A DNA stretch of 64,000 nt, from assembly GCA_907165135.1 (NCBI GenBank), contig OU015566.1, positions 5,890,001 through 5,954,000 on the forward strand, written 5' to 3'. The first letter of the stretch is position 1; each line of letters starts with the position of its first letter. The stretch is from Oikopleura dioica. Lineage: Eukaryota; Animalia; Chordata. Both the position numbers and the translations under genes were made by a program. Under the pieces are notes generated by a model, which was not told where the DNA came from, did no database searches, and saw only the letters and a list, made by a program, of their open reading frames with translations. Below, in pieces: positions 60,272-64,000 of the stretch.

Positions 60272-61510
60272 GGGTGCGCGTCAGTTAAGGCGTTTTTGCC
60301 ATTTGCGTTCTTTAAGGCATTGCGTCAGTTAAGGCACTTGCGTCAGTTAAGGCGCTGAAATATGACTAGCGGAATTCTGATATCAACTAGGGTCTGCTAA
60401 ATTACCTCGATTGTAACTTTCCTTGAAATTCTTCTCATTTCAATCTGAAATTTAACAGCGTATGATTTAAATTTCAGATAATTTCAATTACATTGAAAAC
60501 GATCTGAGAAAATTAACTAAATTTTAGTGTCGAACCTTTATTTTTACAAATAATAAATTATTTCTATCATGAAAAACTTCAAATTCAATAATAAACCAGC
60601 GGTTCAGCTTATATTGAATATAAAAGATTTTCTCGAGAAAATATTAACTCTGGCACTTACCCTAGGAATTGGTAAAGTAATATTTTATCAAGAAATCTAG
60701 CAGACCCTACTTCGAATCAGAATTCCACTAGTCATTTTTCAGCGCCTTAACTGACGCAAGCGCCTTAACTGACGCAATGCCTTAAGGAGGTGTGGGGCGA
60801 CTTGGCGAAAATTCGAATTTTAAAATTTTCTTTCCATTTTTAGAAAGCCCACATCAAGAGCATCAAAAAATGTCTTTAGCTTTTTTTCTCAATGTCAACA
60901 AAAGTTTGTGAAAAACGGGATTTAAAATTGGCATTTCTATGAAAATTCGTGAATTTAGATTTATTAAAGTCTTTTAAGTGTAATTATTTTAGTATTTTTA
61001 GAAAGCTTACGACTCGCTGAGTATTTTAATTCATTACAGTGACTCACTTATCTAACTGTATTACGAGTTAGTGCAATTTTAGATTTCATTTTTTTGACCA
61101 TTTGAAACCCGATTTTCGATTGAAGTTTTAAAATAAGCAATTTTTGCGAAAAATTAAATTCCTTCAATTCAACCCTAGAACAGCGTTTAAACTTCCTTTT
61201 CAGCGTCTAAGTTTTAAAAAATTAAAATATTTTCATTAAAAAAATCGCGTTCGAAAATGACGCAAAATGACGATTTTCACGGACATGACATGGAGTCGAG
61301 GTCATTATGGCCAGAATCCCTTAATCATTTTTTCTGAAAAAAATTTCAACTCTAGTTTAGGGTCCAATCTATAAATAGAAGAAGAGTTTTTAAAAATTTT
61401 ATTACCCATCTGAGCTTGAGGGCTGTTTGAAAATGGTCAATTTGCCGAAATTTGCCCCACACATCCTTAAAGAACGCAAATGGCAAAAACGCCTTAACTG
61501 ACGCGCACCC
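60272..61510. mobile_element. MULE-type MITE
   Basis: 9-bp TSD agaaataga (60263-60271 / 61511-61519); TIR gggtgcgcgtcagttaaggcgtttttgccatttgcgttctttaagg. Confidence 0.9.
60316..60781. mobile_element. TTAA-flanked MITE nested inside the left TIR of the MULE MITE
   Basis: ~65-bp TIRs; removing it restores the host TIR (ctttaaggaggtgtgggg vs the right-end complement). Confidence 0.8.
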
Positions 61511-62060
61511 AGAAATAGAATGTCAAAAAATGGCTGTGCAGTTAAATATGAAGAATCAAGATTCTTGTGACTCAATGAATGCAATTTAACCTTACGACGA
61601 TAAACGAAAATTTCCCGCACCGACGACAATGTGTCGTATATGATACATCGCCTTTACTATTTTCTAGAGGCGATTATAATGGCCAAACCCGAGGTTATGC
61701 CACACCCGAACAAAAATTAGATTCTGGAACAAAATTCAAGCCTCAATTCTAACCAGAACTCAAACCAAAATCCCCAAAAAATGTAAAATTTTCCCGGCGG
61801 AAGATATCTTACCGACGACAATGTGTCGTATATGACACATCGCCTTTACCGCCTTCTAGAGGTCGTTTTATAGGCCAAACTCCAGTCTAAATACAAGCTC
61901 GAGCCCAAATTAGAATCTAGGACGGAATTTAGACCCAGACAGATACCCAAACCCGATCCACAACCCAAAAATTAAACTGGTTCTTCGGTGGAAAAAAGTC
62001 CTCTCTTGTTATTTTTCGGAAATACTTCAAAGTGGAGCAAAACTTTGAAGCCGATTTTAA

Positions 62061-62740
62061 GGGTAGGATCCCCGTACAGGCCCAAAGCAGAGAGACTCTC
62101 CTCCGAACCCAACAATGCTGGTTAGGCGTGTAATGGCTTAAAATAAAGTTCGATCCAAGATCTTCTGATTGATACGAGATTTTTACAAAATTCTTAGAAA
62201 AATGTCACGAGCTAGTCGCTCAAAGTTGTCGTCTCAGCGAAAAATCGCAAAATAAGCCTATATTCAAGGCGACTCACCTCAAAAAATTGTAAAGAAAACC
62301 GATCGAATATTTTTTGAGAGTAAAGCTTAGAACATTATCTTAGAACTGAAACGAGCATTTTCCAAATGGTCAAAATTTTCAATGTAAAAATTTTTAGAGT
62401 ATGAAGGTATCTGGTTTTTGTCCCTTTGGCCCCCTAAATTGCCTTGCGGGCATAGTCCAAAAGGCACTGTCTTCATTCCAAATTAATCTCTTGAACATGA
62501 GCTTACAAAAAAGGTATCATATGACAACCTAGCAAAACGACCGAAAAAGATGAAAATTTAAGAATTTCCGCCTTCTAGCCAAAATACACTAATTTCGCCA
62601 TTTTCAATTGCAATTTGCGGGAAAACGGATTGAGACAGAGTAAATGCTTATCTGAAGTTTTATGGTCAGAATTTCATGAGAATTTTGAAAAGAGATTTTA
62701 AAATAGACTCTGAGACTTGATGCTGTACGGAGATCCTACC
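62061..62740. mobile_element. TTAA-flanked MITE (GG..CC termini)
   Basis: ttaa-gggtaggatccccgtacag ... ctgtacggagatcctacc-ttaa, imperfect. Confidence 0.6.
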
Positions 62741-63136
62741 TTAATTCAGATTTTCGCATAAAATCACTAATTTCGGTTTACTTGCACAATTTGGACCTTT
62801 TTTGTTTAGCAGATTTCTCGAAAAAGGGCCGAATTGTGCGGGTCCGAAATTCGAATTAATTTGCTGTTACTTTAAAAAAGATCAATTTTGGAGCCCTAAA
62901 ATGTTGAAATATCACTTTTTTCGTCAATTTTCCCCGTAAATTCTACGTGTTTACCAGAAGAAAGATTAAGAAATAGCATTTATCTCGTAAATACATCTTA
63001 CAAAATACGTTTGAGCAAGCAAATTCGACAGAAATTCACAAAGATGGCTTATTGAGCGAATTTCATTAATTTTTGCAAAATTCGGAAAAAGGGCCGAATT
63101 GTGCGGGTCCAAATTGTGCGAGTCAACTGTAATTAA

Positions 63137-63901
63137 GGATATAAGCTATGAATTTGAACTTTTGTAGCGCCTAAATGGGAAGTAGGATCATTTTCATTTC
63201 AAAAGCAATCCTACCTAAAAATGCACGCAAAACTCAAATCTGGTATTTTAAAAAAAATTTTATAGAAAATTCTCCTTTTAGAGCGTTTTCAAATCTTACG
63301 ATCTCGATTTCTCGAAATTTTTTCATTGAATCGCTAAAACTAAACCGTGCCAATTATTTCGATGATGTTAAGCTAAAAAATTGACGGGCTTTTTTTCCAA
63401 AACTCCCTCGAATTTTCATTCTAGCGTTTTCCTCTTTCTTGCTCGTGTTTTTCTTCTTTTTGTGCTTTTTCGCGTGCAACCAATCAAAGCGCTCCGCTCA
63501 ACCGCGCCAATCTCACGGAAAAGAGGAGTCGAGAGAGCGAGCGCCCAGCGCGCCGCTTTTTACACTATTCACGCGCTGGGTAAGCCTCATGGAAATGGCT
63601 CTAAAATCGGTTTTGGTCGGAATTAGGGAAAACTGAACCGTCAATTTTGTAGATAAGGGTTAAGAGAAGTTATTTATCGAAAAAACTCAACCATTTTATG
63701 GAACCATTTAGTGGAAAAATTTCGAGGAATCGCGATCGTAAGATTTGAAAACGCTCTAAAATGAAAATTTTCTATAAAATTTTTTTTTAAAGTACCAGAT
63801 TTGAGTTTTACGTGCATTTTTAAGTAGGATTACTCTTGAAGTGAAAATGATCCTACTTCGCATTTAGGCGCTACGAAAGTTCAAATTCATAGCTTATATC
63901 C
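63137..63901. mobile_element. TTAA-flanked MITE with ~190-bp TIRs
   Basis: ttaa|ggatataagctatgaatttgaac ... gttcaaattcatagcttatatcc|ttaa. Confidence 0.9.
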
Positions 63902-64000
63902 TTAAGCGCGTGGCGGGCCAGAGGCCCTTACGCGCGCATTTTCTGGTAGAAAACTCATTAAATTGGCGGGGCCCAACTCTCGCTCTTGTTCAGAATTGTT

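Noticed and set aside
61610-61870. Functional direct repeat (accgacgacaatgtgtcgtatatga x2)
   Set aside because: Two ~45-bp copies amid TE debris with no definable ends; most likely transposon subterminal repeats.
62776-63131. Complete Tc1-type MITE
   Set aside because: The right end (aattgtgcgagtcaactg-TA) is clear but the left terminus is degraded, so boundaries cannot be supported.

Overview
Compact eukaryotic genome window. The 35-100 bp introns, some non-canonical splice sites, operon-like gene spacing and small DNA-transposon derivatives suggest the appendicularian tunicate Oikopleura (inference). 1-4.1 kb: nested non-autonomous DNA transposons (hAT > TTAA-type; hAT > hairpin satellite). 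4.2-9.6 kb: a minus-strand run of RPL5, RPLP2, a Spartan/SprT-like protease gene and an unknown gene, with an inverted tRNA-Cys pair and a candidate structured RNA downstream of RPL5. 10-19.5 kb: a secreted SUEL-lectin gene and a very large polycystin-1-like gene with an unusual ectodomain. 19.6-53.8 kb: three copies of a ~9-10 kb cassette, each with a type-II membrane Cys-rich gene, unknown exons, a Penelope-like GIY-YIG fragment with hammerhead-bearing inverted pseudo-LTRs, and kelch-like propeller exons. The copies carry copy-specific transposon insertions (including a decayed MULE), and the block is bracketed by a duplicated polycystin 3' tail. 54.5-60 kb: a secreted Cys-rich/kelch-like gene and a diverged fourth cassette head. 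60-64 kb: a MITE cluster. All coordinates were read by eye; exon boundaries are approximate unless stated.
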